Assembly (NCBI GenBank): GCA_964435575.1
Contig: CAYSZS010000003.1
Location: 1 to 46,563 of the forward strand
Direction of reading: 5' to 3'
Source of the DNA: an uncultured Gammaproteobacteria bacterium
GTDB taxonomy: Bacteria; Patescibacteriota; Microgenomatia; UBA8517
DNA length: 46,563 nt
Shown here: piece after piece, positions 1 to 9,561 of the stretch
Layout: each line of letters opens with the position of its first letter
Numbering within the stretch: the stretch's first letter is position 1
The notes under the pieces: model-generated
The model's database searches: none
What the model saw: the letters and a program-made list of their open reading frames with translations, nothing else
Told to the model about the DNA's origin: nothing
Program-made: the position numbers and the translations under genes

Positions 1-13
1 CCCGTTTTCCTGC

Positions 14-35
14 CCCCCAGTGCGGAGACTGGGGG
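14..35. other. GC-rich stem-loop at window edge, function unknown
   Basis: CCCCCAGT-GCGGAG-ACTGGGGG, perfect 8-bp stem with no U-tract on either side; minus-strand TATAAT at 49-54 lies just upstream. Confidence 0.45.
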
Positions 36-123
36 AAATTGCTACGCTATTATACGTGGCAAGCTCCATTTCCGAACCTAAAGCGAGTTTTTGAAGCTGA
101 TTTTATGCGGAAAAATGAAGGAA

Positions 124-267
124 CTAATTATTTTTACTTTTTCTTCCCTTGAAAAATTTTATTAAAATCGCAGCAAGCGAACCTATAATCACAACCGCTT
201 CCAAAATCTTCATTAAACCTGAAGTTTGCTTTTTGGTTCTTTGCTTGCTTTTCGCCTTTCTCGTCAT
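124..267 (-). CDS. small basic single-TM hypothetical protein (~47 aa)
   Basis: ATG at 267 (MTRKAKSKQ...) inside ORF 124..309; basic N-terminus, one hydrophobic helix (ILEAVVIIGSLAAILI), basic tail. Confidence 0.55.
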   Translation of the reverse strand: MTRKAKSKQRTKKQTSGLMKILEAVVIIGSLAAILIKFFKGRKSKNN

Positions 268-375
268 ATCTATATATTTAGAATAGCCATAAAAAGTGTT
301 AGTAGTCAAGTTTTAAAATAAGTGAAATAAAGGGTATTGAAAATTTATTTTTTATAATATAGATTAATTAAATCC

Positions 376-1038
376 ATGAAAAGGATATTTTTATTTTTAT
401 TTCTACTCCTCGTATTTCTAGGAAATATTAATACAGTTTCTGCTGAAACTTACACGTATACTTTTACAAAAGAAGATAAAACTTACATTGTTACAAAAAC
501 AATCGAGGAAGGTAAAATTACAATAGAGACAAAGACTTACGATGCAAGCGGCCAACTTGTGGATACCAAGATTACCGAAAAAGTGGCGGAACCAACACCC
601 GCCAAGGAGTTGCTCTATCCCACAAAAACTGTTACAAAAACTCTGGAAAAAATATCTCCCGTTCCAACTAAAGCCCTTCTTGAGGTACCACCACCAATTA
701 TTAAAACTTATCTTCAATCAGATTTTCCTTTGGAGGTTAGTAAAGAAACCGGTAACTTACTGGTTAAATCATCTTCGGGCGACAAAGAACTTTTAAATGA
801 TCCCGAAATTGTTGTAAAAAAAGCCGAGGATCTTGGACTAGATCTTATTGCCGAGGTTAAATTGATTGAGGATTCCAGCGGAATTAAATACTTGGTAAGC
901 GGAACTAAAAAAGAAAAATTACTCGCGTTATTCGAGGTTTATCTACCAACGTCTTTTGTTTTCAATCCCGATAACGGAAAGCTTGAGAAAATCGAACAAA
1001 CATCTCTTATAAAGATTACTGATCTTTTAAGCTTTTAA
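376..1038 (+). CDS. secreted/surface hypothetical protein
   Basis: 220 aa; signal peptide MKRIFLFLFLLLVFLGNINTVSA; Thr/Lys-rich beta region, Pro-rich linker, C-terminal YLVSGTKKEKLLALFEV domain. Confidence 0.8.
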   Translation: MKRIFLFLFLLLVFLGNINTVSAETYTYTFTKEDKTYIVTKTIEEGKITIETKTYDASGQLVDTKITEKVAEPTPAKELLYPTKTVTKTLEKISPVPTKALLEVPPPIIKTYLQSDFPLEVSKETGNLLVKSSSGDKELLNDPEIVVKKAEDLGLDLIAEVKLIEDSSGIKYLVSGTKKEKLLALFEVYLPTSFVFNPDNGKLEKIEQTSLIKITDLLSF

Positions 1039-1064
1039 TACAAATAAGTCTTCAGTAGTTTTGC

Positions 1065-1093
1065 TTGACAAATAGACTTCCAACCTTTATTAT
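1065..1093 (+). promoter_or_regulatory. sigma70 promoter
   Basis: TTGACA(1065-1070)-17 nt-TATTAT(1088-1093), 19 nt before ATG 1113. Confidence 0.75.
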
Positions 1094-1112
1094 CATCCCA
1101 TATTTAATAACT

Positions 1113-1667
1113 ATGTTGGAGTTTCTTTTGGCATTAATTCTGACCTTATTTTCCCTGCAGACTATTGCGGCTCAAGATGTAGTAGGTGAAAAATTAATAA
1201 CTAAGTTCGAAGAAAATTTACCCGAAGTCATTACTTCAATTACGCCTCCCGCAAATCCTGAGGATAAAATTTCAAATCAGGGTCAAGACGCTCTATCCGA
1301 GGTCGCTCCTCAATCAGAACATCCCGATCCAGATACAAACAAACAAGATGCTTATAATATTAGTAGCGAAAAACCGCTAGGCGAAGTTGCGGCTGTCGCC
1401 ATCGAAAATTCACCTGCTCTCGTTGTCTGTTCAGATAACCCAAGCTTATGTTTTACGCCCACTCCAACACCAACACTTACTCCGACTCCAACGCCAATTG
1501 AAACGCCAATTCCCCAACCTGAACCTACTTTCATCCCTTGCCCGCCTCCTCCTTGCCCGATAATACATGGTTTCCCAAGCGATAACCCGACAGCACCTCT
1601 AATATATCCCTGTCCAGAATTTCCTACGGGGGAAAAACCTCAAATAGTCTGTCCTGAAACCTACTGA
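1113..1667 (+). CDS. secreted Pro/Thr-rich, Cys-containing low-complexity protein
   Basis: ATG 1113 gives signal peptide MLEFLLALILTLFSLQTIAA; (TP)n tract and CPPPPCP; the ORF-track TTG start is the -35 box. Confidence 0.75.
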   Translation: MLEFLLALILTLFSLQTIAAQDVVGEKLITKFEENLPEVITSITPPANPEDKISNQGQDALSEVAPQSEHPDPDTNKQDAYNISSEKPLGEVAAVAIENSPALVVCSDNPSLCFTPTPTPTLTPTPTPIETPIPQPEPTFIPCPPPPCPIIHGFPSDNPTAPLIYPCPEFPTGEKPQIVCPETY

Positions 1668-1681
1668 AGCAAGTAATAAAG

Positions 1682-2839
1682 TTAAGTAATCTTTCTTAAG
1701 AAAGCAGGGATTTCAAATTTTTCTCCAAACACGTCCTGATCTTCCCTACCTGATTCTGGTTCTTCATCTTCCTCTTTTTCCATTTCTTCTTCTTCCTCTT
1801 TTTGAATTTGAAGAGGTTCGCTTACAACGCCTTGGATGGGAGGAGTAATAGTTGGTTGTGCAAAACCTGCAATTCTCGCTCTGGTTTCGTCAAACCCTGT
1901 AGCAACAACCGTTATTCTTATCTGATCCGCAAGTTCGTCCCTGATAACGGCGCCAAAAATGACATTAGCGTCCGCGTCCGCTGAAGCAGAAATAATTCTC
2001 GCCGCCTCGTCAACTTCAAACATCGTCAGGTCACGCCCGCCAGTAATATTGAAAAGTACGCCTGTAGCGCCCTCCATCGAAAGGTCAAGTAGAGGGGATG
2101 ATATCGCGGCGCGAGCTGCCATCTGGGCCCTATTTTCACCAACTCCTGTTCCAATACCCAGAAGCGCTGTCCCGGCGTCTTTCATCACGGTCTTTATATC
2201 CGCAAAGTCGACGTTTATTAGCCCGGGCGTGGTTATTATGTCGGCTATTCCTGATACTGCCTGTCCAAGAACCGAGTCTGCAACTTTAAATGCCTCAAGA
2301 AGAGTCATTTTCCGATCGATAACGTCCATCAGTCTTTGGTTTGGAATGACTATGAGTGTATCCACCTGCTCCCTTAACTCATTAATCCCGTCATCAGCAA
2401 CCACGGCCCTTCTCGTCCCCTCAAAATGAAAAGGCTTTGTTACGATTGCCACAGTAAGTGCTCCCGTTTCTTTGGCGATCTTAGCGATTATCGGCGAAGC
2501 TCCTGTTCCCGTCCCTCCCCCCATGCCTGCCGTTAAAAAAACCATGTCGCTATCCAGAAGTAATTCTTTGATTTTTTCTTTCGACTCTTCCGCAGCTTGA
2601 GTCCCAACATCCGGATCCCCACCCGAACCCAATCCCTTCGTCAATTTTTCTCCAATTTGAACTTTTGTAGGAGCTTTGTTGGCAAGAAGCACCTGAGCAT
2701 CAGTATTTACGGCTATAAATTCAACCCCCAGTATTTCGTCTGTCTCAATCATTGAGGCAACGGCATTACTTCCGCCACCGCCTATTCCCACTACCTTAAT
2801 TTTTGCAATTCTAGCCGAATCAGGTTTTACAAGTGCCAT
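1682..2839 (-). CDS. ftsZ: cell division protein FtsZ
   Basis: [20 protein letters not shown] tubulin signature, INVDFAD, C-terminal EIPAFLRK. Confidence 0.99.
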   Translation of the reverse strand: MALVKPDSARIAKIKVVGIGGGGSNAVASMIETDEILGVEFIAVNTDAQVLLANKAPTKVQIGEKLTKGLGSGGDPDVGTQAAEESKEKIKELLLDSDMVFLTAGMGGGTGTGASPIIAKIAKETGALTVAIVTKPFHFEGTRRAVVADDGINELREQVDTLIVIPNQRLMDVIDRKMTLLEAFKVADSVLGQAVSGIADIITTPGLINVDFADIKTVMKDAGTALLGIGTGVGENRAQMAARAAISSPLLDLSMEGATGVLFNITGGRDLTMFEVDEAARIISASADADANVIFGAVIRDELADQIRITVVATGFDETRARIAGFAQPTITPPIQGVVSEPLQIQKEEEEEMEKEEDEEPESGREDQDVFGEKFEIPAFLRKIT

Positions 2840-2854
2840 AAGTCTGTGGGCAAG

Positions 2855-2883
2855 ATTCTACTATGTCAAACTTTATATTACAA
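2855..2883 (-). promoter_or_regulatory. internal sigma70 promoter for ftsZ
   Basis: minus strand TTGTAA-17 nt-TAGAAT, 15 nt before ftsZ ATG. Confidence 0.6.
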
Positions 2884-2937
2884 GTCTTCAACTTTTGATG
2901 CTTTTGGTACTTTAAATACTCGTAGTACTTAAATCAT

Positions 2938-4215
2938 TCAGGGCAGAAGATCTTTTATCGATGCTATAAGTTTACCAACGATGCCTTTGGAAGGCAGTTT
3001 AATCTTCTTTGAAAAAGATGTCAATGATTCCTCATCCTCAAAATCCGAAGAATGAAGGATTAATCCAATTGCTACAGCAAATGTAGGATTCATAACGTCG
3101 TCTATTAAGCCTCCAACGCCCTTGGGGATGCCTATTCTAACAGGCAGGGAAAGCATTCTCCTTGCAGCCTCGCTTGCCCCAACCGTTTCAGCACCGCCAC
3201 CTGTAATAACCGCCCCAGCGGGTACTCTTGCCGCCAATCCTTCCCTATCAAGAGCAATTTTTACCATTGAAAAAATTTCATTAAGACGCGGTTTTATTAT
3301 TCCCTCTGTCAATGTTTTTTTCGAAACTTTTTTGATCTCATTAATGCCCAAAGACTCCAAATCAAATTCGTCAGAAGCACCCTGGTCCTTCACTTTTTTA
3401 GCTTTTTTATCTTCTGCCGAGAGGGCTAGTTTTATTTTTTCGGCGACTTCAAGAGAAACTCTCAAGCCAATGGCCAAATCGTTACTGACGTTTTTCGCAC
3501 CAATCGGAAGAACGCTCGAGTAACTCAAAGCTCCGTCAACGTAAGCTGCAATAGACGTAGTACCCCCACCTACATCAATTAATACACATCCCAATTCCTT
3601 TTCGGTTTTTGTGAGTACTGCCTCGGAAGCTGCTAAGCCCGAGAAGATAAGATTATTAACTTTTATACCAACTTCGTTAATCGCTTTTTTTAGATTTTTT
3701 ACCGCCGCGTTTGACGCGGTTACAAGATGAGTTTGTACTTCAAGTCTTACGCCGCTCATCCCGACCGGATCCTTTACACCCTCCTCGCCGTCGACTACAA
3801 ACTCTCTTGGCAGTACGTGTATCAGCTCTCTCGAAGAAGGAAGAGAGACTGCGCTTGCAGCTTCAATTACCCTATCCACGTCGTCATAGTTTATTTCTCC
3901 ACCCGGGTCTGAAACTGCAACGATTCCCTGCGAATTCTGTGAGGCTACGTGTGCTCCGCCCAAAGAAACGACTGCGTTGTCTAAATTATATCCGGCCATG
4001 CGTTCGGCTGCCTCAACACTGGAAATTGTAGCCTCAACAGCTTCATCTATATCTACAATTTGCCCTTTCTTAATGCCCTTAGATTCAACCGAAGAAACAC
4101 CAACGAGATTAATGGTTTTAGCATTTATTACAGGATCAAAACTAACTTTTGCAATTATTGTCGCAATTTTGGAAGAACCGAGTTCGATTCCGGACAAGAT
4201 TTTGGTCTTTGACAT
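2938..4215 (-). CDS. ftsA: cell division protein FtsA
   Basis: GIELGSSKI, DVGGGTT, VITGGGA actin-like ATPase motifs; directly upstream of ftsZ. Confidence 0.98.
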   Translation of the reverse strand: MSKTKILSGIELGSSKIATIIAKVSFDPVINAKTINLVGVSSVESKGIKKGQIVDIDEAVEATISSVEAAERMAGYNLDNAVVSLGGAHVASQNSQGIVAVSDPGGEINYDDVDRVIEAASAVSLPSSRELIHVLPREFVVDGEEGVKDPVGMSGVRLEVQTHLVTASNAAVKNLKKAINEVGIKVNNLIFSGLAASEAVLTKTEKELGCVLIDVGGGTTSIAAYVDGALSYSSVLPIGAKNVSNDLAIGLRVSLEVAEKIKLALSAEDKKAKKVKDQGASDEFDLESLGINEIKKVSKKTLTEGIIKPRLNEIFSMVKIALDREGLAARVPAGAVITGGGAETVGASEAARRMLSLPVRIGIPKGVGGLIDDVMNPTFAVAIGLILHSSDFEDEESLTSFSKKIKLPSKGIVGKLIASIKDLLP

Positions 4216-4216
4216 A

Positions 4217-4909
4217 CTATTTGATTACAGGATTTTTATATCTCAAATCAACTATGCTTTTAGAAGAATCTGAATTTTCCTTTTCCGAGTCTATTTTCTC
4301 AAGCTCGTTTGCAATAAGAACAAAAGACCCTAAAAGTAAATCCCCATCCCCTTCAACTGGAAATATTACAGTGGGACCAGTCATAAGTTCAATGACCAAT
4401 TTATCACCTTCCATATGAGATTGCCTTAATTTAAAGCTACTTGTTAAGTTTCTTACTATATTTAACGAAAATAAAATCTCTTGGCTAACTTTCTCGCCAA
4501 CACTGGGTAGACTTCCTTCGATAATTAAACGCGGCAGGCTAGACGTCTCTACCATTTGCAAAACTATTCCTTCTTCCGAGATCGATGCTACAGATTTTTC
4601 GTCATTTTTTGCTATTGTAAACTTAGGTTTTTCTAAGAGGACGCTGACTGCAAATTTTGGAGGTAGTTTAAAGGAAATCGTATATTCCTTGACTAAAATA
4701 TGTCGGTCAAGATAGTTTCTTATATTTTTTTTAGCACTAAAATAACTTTCTCCTTTTTGTTTTGATATTTCCTGCCCTAAAGTCTCGCTACACTCGCCGT
4801 ATTGGCTGAAACATGTAACGTCATGAACTCTTACTATTCTTGGTAAGGAAGTAATAATCGCTAAACCAAAAAATAATAATAAAAGGAATTTCTTTTTCAT
4901 TTTTTTCAA
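4217..4909 (-). CDS. FtsQ/DivIB-like cell division protein (divergent)
   Basis: single N-terminal TM, POTRA-like segment (ISFKLPPKFAVSV), C-terminal VDLRYKNPVIK; between murG and ftsA; alternative start ATG 4900. Confidence 0.7.
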   Translation of the reverse strand: MKKMKKKFLLLLFFGLAIITSLPRIVRVHDVTCFSQYGECSETLGQEISKQKGESYFSAKKNIRNYLDRHILVKEYTISFKLPPKFAVSVLLEKPKFTIAKNDEKSVASISEEGIVLQMVETSSLPRLIIEGSLPSVGEKVSQEILFSLNIVRNLTSSFKLRQSHMEGDKLVIELMTGPTVIFPVEGDGDLLLGSFVLIANELEKIDSEKENSDSSKSIVDLRYKNPVIK

Positions 4910-6018
4910 ACAAAATTTTCTACTACTTCAACCAATTTTTTTGCGGCGTCTTTATCCGGGCTTTCCTTCCCTCTTACATTTTGTAATATATTATTCCAAT
5001 TGGCTTTAATGTATTTTATCTCCCTAACAAGACTTTGAGGAGTCATCCTATCTTGATTTAAAACTCTAGAAATTCCAAATTTATCGGCGAAAAGCGCATT
5101 CTTCTTTTGCTCATCAAGATAAGAAATCGGGAGAGGTATCAGGATAGAAGGTTTTTTGGCAGCCAAAATTTTTGATACCGTATTTGCGCCTGCCCTGGAA
5201 ATTACGATATCAGATAACCTAAAAAGTGCGTTAAACTTTTTCGGGCTGACGATGCCATAAACCCGATATCTTTCTTTGAGGTTTTCTGGAAGTCCAGTTT
5301 GAATATCTTTGAATTTCTTCTCGTTTCTAATGCCTGTCAAATGAATTAAGTGAAAATCTTTAAGCATACTTAAAAGTGAGCTTTCAACTATATTATTAAT
5401 AGCAAGCGCACCCGATTGACCTCCTGTCACAAAAATAGTCGGAGTTTTACCTAAAGCGCGTTCAGGTTTTTTTTCAAAAACTTCACTCGGAGTCGGATTT
5501 CCCGTTAGTATAATTTTATTTTCCGGAAAATAGTCTTTACTTGTTACCCTCGAGATCGCGATTTTTCTTGCAAAAAAAGAAGAATATCTATTTGCCCTTC
5601 CCACGACTGAAGTTTGTTCATGAATAATTACCGTTATTCCCAAAAAGTAACCTACAATAACAACCGGAAATGCGGCGAATCCGCCAAAAGACAGGATTAA
5701 ATCGGGTTTAATTCTAGTCAGGAGAATAAATGCATGAATAAATCCTATCGGTATCTTAAGAATTGACGGAAATGTGTGAATTGTTAATTTCCTCTGAATC
5801 CGACCGGCTGTAATTCCATATGTTTTAATGTGGTATTTGGGAAAATAAATCGACGAAAGTGATGGTACCTTCTGCCCCTCGAGTGAACTTTTAAATCCAA
5901 TCCAGCTAATATCCCAGTTTTTATTTTGCTTTCTTATTTCTTCAATAACGACAAAAGCCGTAGAACCGGCGTGACCACCCGTCATGACAATTTTTACTTT
6001 TTTATTAATCTTTGGCAT
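4906..6018 (-). CDS. murG: lipid II GlcNAc transferase MurG
   Basis: TGGH, SFGGF, HEQ, TGNP, TGGQSGA, SRAGANT, EQKKNA motifs. Confidence 0.95.
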   Translation of the reverse strand: MPKINKKVKIVMTGGHAGSTAFVVIEEIRKQNKNWDISWIGFKSSLEGQKVPSLSSIYFPKYHIKTYGITAGRIQRKLTIHTFPSILKIPIGFIHAFILLTRIKPDLILSFGGFAAFPVVIVGYFLGITVIIHEQTSVVGRANRYSSFFARKIAISRVTSKDYFPENKIILTGNPTPSEVFEKKPERALGKTPTIFVTGGQSGALAINNIVESSLLSMLKDFHLIHLTGIRNEKKFKDIQTGLPENLKERYRVYGIVSPKKFNALFRLSDIVISRAGANTVSKILAAKKPSILIPLPISYLDEQKKNALFADKFGISRVLNQDRMTPQSLVREIKYIKANWNNILQNVRGKESPDKDAAKKLVEVVENFV

Positions 6019-7105
6019 AACTCGAAATATTTAAAAGTATGCCGCAGGCGATAAGTATTGTTACCAAAGAACTACCTCCGTATGAAAAAAACGGCAAAGG
6101 TATTCCTGTCAGGGGAACGAGTGCGACCATCGAGGAAATATTCAAAAATGCTTGTCCGCCTATCCAAGAAACAATTCCAATAGCCAATATTCTTGAAAAT
6201 TTATCAGGGGCACGCTTGGCAATATAGATTCCTCTTATAATAAAAAAAACAAAAGCCAAAATTAAAAGTGCTGCGCCTAAAAATCCAACTTCTTCCGAAA
6301 TCACCGCAAAAATAGAATCGGTCGCGGTTTCCGGTAAAAAAAGATATTTCTGCCTGGAGTGCCCCAATCCCACTCCAAATAAACCACCGGACCCGAGAGC
6401 GATAAGAATTTGTCTGATGTGATAAGACTTATCAAGAGGATCTCGGCTTCGCTCGAAAAAAGTAAGCAGGCGATCTTTTCTATAGTCAGAAAACATTATC
6501 AAAATCGATCCCAAAATCACACCCACAAGAAGCGTTAATGCAAAAAACGCAAGGGGTACACCAGCCACAAAAATTTGCACCATTGCCATACCCACTATAA
6601 CGATGGTCGTGCCCAAATCAGGCTGAAGCATTATAAGAAAGGAGGAAAGAATAATGGGTAAAAGATAAGCAAGATATTTTTTATCACGGGTTGAAAGTTT
6701 GGCAATATAGAGAGCAAGAGTTAATTTTACAAATTCGGAAGGCTGAAAAGTCAAAGGTCCCAAGGAAACCCAGCGCCTTGCCCCCAAAAACCTTTCTCCA
6801 ATATTCGGTATAAATACCAAAAGTAGTCCCAAAAGACTCGCAAAAAAAAGAAGACTCGCAGTTTTCTCCCAAATTTTATAATTTAGTCTACTAACGATAA
6901 AAAACAGGCATATTCCGAAAAATGCCCAGATGAGCTGTTGTTTGACAAAAAAAAATTTATCAGAAAAATTCTTTTGGGCAAGGGGTGCCGAAGCATCGGT
7001 CAGAGCAACTAGTCCTACCAACGTCAAGACTAGAGTCAGAAATAAAAGCTTTTTATCAAAAGTCTGTGAATTTTTTAGTAATTTATGTTTTCGCACACTC
7101 TTCAC
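6005..7105 (-). CDS. ftsW: SEDS peptidoglycan polymerase FtsW
   Basis: GARRW, FQPSEFVK, QPDLGT, LPETATDSIFAVISEE, PLTGIPLPFFSYGGSS; dcw context. Confidence 0.95.
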   Translation of the reverse strand: MKSVRKHKLLKNSQTFDKKLLFLTLVLTLVGLVALTDASAPLAQKNFSDKFFFVKQQLIWAFFGICLFFIVSRLNYKIWEKTASLLFFASLLGLLLVFIPNIGERFLGARRWVSLGPLTFQPSEFVKLTLALYIAKLSTRDKKYLAYLLPIILSSFLIMLQPDLGTTIVIVGMAMVQIFVAGVPLAFFALTLLVGVILGSILIMFSDYRKDRLLTFFERSRDPLDKSYHIRQILIALGSGGLFGVGLGHSRQKYLFLPETATDSIFAVISEEVGFLGAALLILAFVFFIIRGIYIAKRAPDKFSRILAIGIVSWIGGQAFLNISSMVALVPLTGIPLPFFSYGGSSLVTILIACGILLNISSYAKD

Positions 7106-7109
7106 TTTT

Positions 7110-8165
7110 TCAAATTGTGGCTAACCAAAGACCAAATATGGCGAGAATTAAACCTGCTAACCATGCACGCATTACGATCTTCGGTTCCTCCCAACCGATT
7201 GCCAGAAAAGTATTGTGCAAGGGAGCCAAAGGTAAAATAGGTTTTTTAAGAACTTTCCAACCGATAATTTGTATAAACGAGGAAGAAATCTCAACGACAA
7301 AAAGGCCGCCGATAACTACAAGCGCGGCGATACTTCCTGTAAGTAGGCCGATTACTGCTAAGCTGGCTCCGAATGAAAGCGCTCCAACGTCTCCGAGATG
7401 AATTCTTGCCGGCCAGATATTAAAATAGCCAAATGCCAAAAGCGCTCCCAACCAAAGCGTAATAAATAGCGACACTGGGGTATCAAGACTATTGGCCGCA
7501 ATTGCTCCGAATGCCACCAAACAAATAACTAAAAGGCCGCTTGCCAAGCCGTCAAGTCCGTCTGTTATATTTAGTGCATTTGAAAAAGCAACTATCACAA
7601 AGGCCGCAAAAGGAATATACCAATAACCCAAGTGAAGCGTCTTTTCGAAAAGCGGAATGTGTACAATCTCTATTCCTAGTTTCTTAAATAAAACAAAACC
7701 CACAATAAATCCTAATATCCACTGCAATACAAATTTATGTCTTCTGGTAAGTCCAAACCATAACCCCACCAAACCAGGTTTGGGTTTGGCCAACATTTTT
7801 ATAAGATCATCATATAATCCCAATAAACCAAAAGATAAAAATGTAAAATATATTACGAAAAGTTCTGTTTTAAAATTGTAAGAGCTTCTGATGTAGACGC
7901 CCATTCTTGACGCGAACGGAAATAGAAATGTAAAAAGAATAGTAACTACTAATATTATTAAAATTCCTCCGCCAACCGGAGTTCCGGCTTTTATATCGTG
8001 TAATTTATCAAAAAGCGGAATTTTCCCCTTTAAAGGGGCCTCTTTTTTCCTGGTTAGCTTAAGTTTATAAAGAAGATCTATAAAAGGAACGACTAAAAGG
8101 CTGGTAATAGAAAAAGAGAATAGTAAAAGTCCTAAAGCCAAGGGCAGTATGTTTGGCGTATTCAT
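7110..8165 (-). CDS. mraY: phospho-N-acetylmuramoyl-pentapeptide transferase MraY
   Basis: KAGTPVGGG, GLYDD, NALNITDGLDGLA, LGDVGA, APLHN, EPKIVMR. Confidence 0.97.
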   Translation of the reverse strand: MNTPNILPLALGLLLFSFSITSLLVVPFIDLLYKLKLTRKKEAPLKGKIPLFDKLHDIKAGTPVGGGILIILVVTILFTFLFPFASRMGVYIRSSYNFKTELFVIYFTFLSFGLLGLYDDLIKMLAKPKPGLVGLWFGLTRRHKFVLQWILGFIVGFVLFKKLGIEIVHIPLFEKTLHLGYWYIPFAAFVIVAFSNALNITDGLDGLASGLLVICLVAFGAIAANSLDTPVSLFITLWLGALLAFGYFNIWPARIHLGDVGALSFGASLAVIGLLTGSIAALVVIGGLFVVEISSSFIQIIGWKVLKKPILPLAPLHNTFLAIGWEEPKIVMRAWLAGLILAIFGLWLATI

Positions 8166-8210
8166 AAGAAAAAAGTAGAATTATGATACTTTATTATATA
8201 GTATTATAGT

Positions 8211-9485
8211 CTAACTGAATCTACGCAACAAGCGAGAAACAACTTCATCTAATCCGATAGATCGAGACCCTTTGATCAAAACTATAGAGTTTTTCTGAAT
8301 CCGTGGTACTAAAAGTGGCATAATCATCTCTTTCTTAATCACCCAAGCAACTTTCTCCCTCCCTAAAATCTTACCAGCCTCAATAACAGTTGTTTTGCTT
8401 GCTTTTCCGACTCCGATAAGATAGTCGATATTCATTTTTCCAATAATTTTTCCCAGTTTGAGATGGTAATATCTTTCTAACTTCCCAAGTTCCAACATAT
8501 CCCCAAAAATAACTATCTTATTTTTCTTATTAGCAATTTTTTGAAAAGTTTTAAGAGTATATTTGGCTGCTGCCGGGTTATTATTATAAGAATCGTCTAA
8601 TAGTAACGCACCGTTTTTAAGTTTTATGATATTCATTCTGTGTTCCGGAATCTCATATGTTTCAAGTCCCTTTTTTATATTTTCAAGAGAAAATCCCAGG
8701 TTTTTGGCAACGGCTGCTGCAGCTAAGGCATTATCAACAAATTGGCTCCCCACAACCGGTATTTCAACCCAGACACTTTTTTTTGGATCCTTATCAAAAA
8801 TTAATAAAAACTTCATTCTTCCGTCATTTTGCAGTTGTTCTTGAGAAGAAATTACTTCGCCACCAGTTCCAAACCAGACAGTCCTCGCTTTCAGGCTATC
8901 TTTTAATTTAACTAAAAACTTGTCCGAATTATTTAAAATCGCAACACTACCCTCTGACAGTCGCCTTATCAATTTAGATTTTTCTCTAAAAACACCATCA
9001 GCATCTCCAAAGAAGTGAAGGTGTGTAGGATATATGTTAGTTATCACTCCAATATCCGGTTTTGCAAGCCAAAGATAAAAATCCATTTCACCGGGAAATT
9101 CAACGCCCATCTCAAGTACAAGAAATCTTGCTTTAAAATTACATCTGAGAATTGTAGAAGGAATATTATAGATAGGATCTATATTGGCATAAGAATATAC
9201 TGTCTTATTTTCGGTCTTCAAAATTGACGCAAGCATCTCTTTTGTTGTTGTTTTTCCCGCACTGCCCGTTATACCGATGACTTTAATGTCTGTAACATTT
9301 TTTAATAAAATTAAATAATATTTTGACAATCTTCTTTTAATAGGATGAACAATCCATTTGCGAAAATAAATTTGTATTTTATCTCTTAATTTCTTGGGTC
9401 TATTGGAAGGATGAATAAAAATATGCTCATCCGGCAGGTTTGTACCCACCCACCAACGAAGACTATTAATAAATAAACTTTTCAT
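8211..9485 (-). CDS. murF: UDP-MurNAc-tripeptide--D-Ala-D-Ala ligase MurF (non-canonical N-terminus)
   Basis: GITGSAGKTTTKE, LEMG, DDSYNNNP, GDMLELG, KGSRS. Confidence 0.93.
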   Translation of the reverse strand: MKSLFINSLRWWVGTNLPDEHIFIHPSNRPKKLRDKIQIYFRKWIVHPIKRRLSKYYLILLKNVTDIKVIGITGSAGKTTTKEMLASILKTENKTVYSYANIDPIYNIPSTILRCNFKARFLVLEMGVEFPGEMDFYLWLAKPDIGVITNIYPTHLHFFGDADGVFREKSKLIRRLSEGSVAILNNSDKFLVKLKDSLKARTVWFGTGGEVISSQEQLQNDGRMKFLLIFDKDPKKSVWVEIPVVGSQFVDNALAAAAVAKNLGFSLENIKKGLETYEIPEHRMNIIKLKNGALLLDDSYNNNPAAAKYTLKTFQKIANKKNKIVIFGDMLELGKLERYYHLKLGKIIGKMNIDYLIGVGKASKTTVIEAGKILGREKVAWVIKKEMIMPLLVPRIQKNSIVLIKGSRSIGLDEVVSRLLRRFS

Positions 9486-9561
9486 ACAAACTATACAATT
9501 TTACACTGCTAGTATTGAAAAACAAAAATATCTGCTACAATTTCAAAATTGTTTCACTTTT

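Noticed and set aside
1455-1530. Tandem DNA repeat in the (TP)n tract
   Set aside because: Codons vary, so the repeat is at protein level and not a DNA repeat element.
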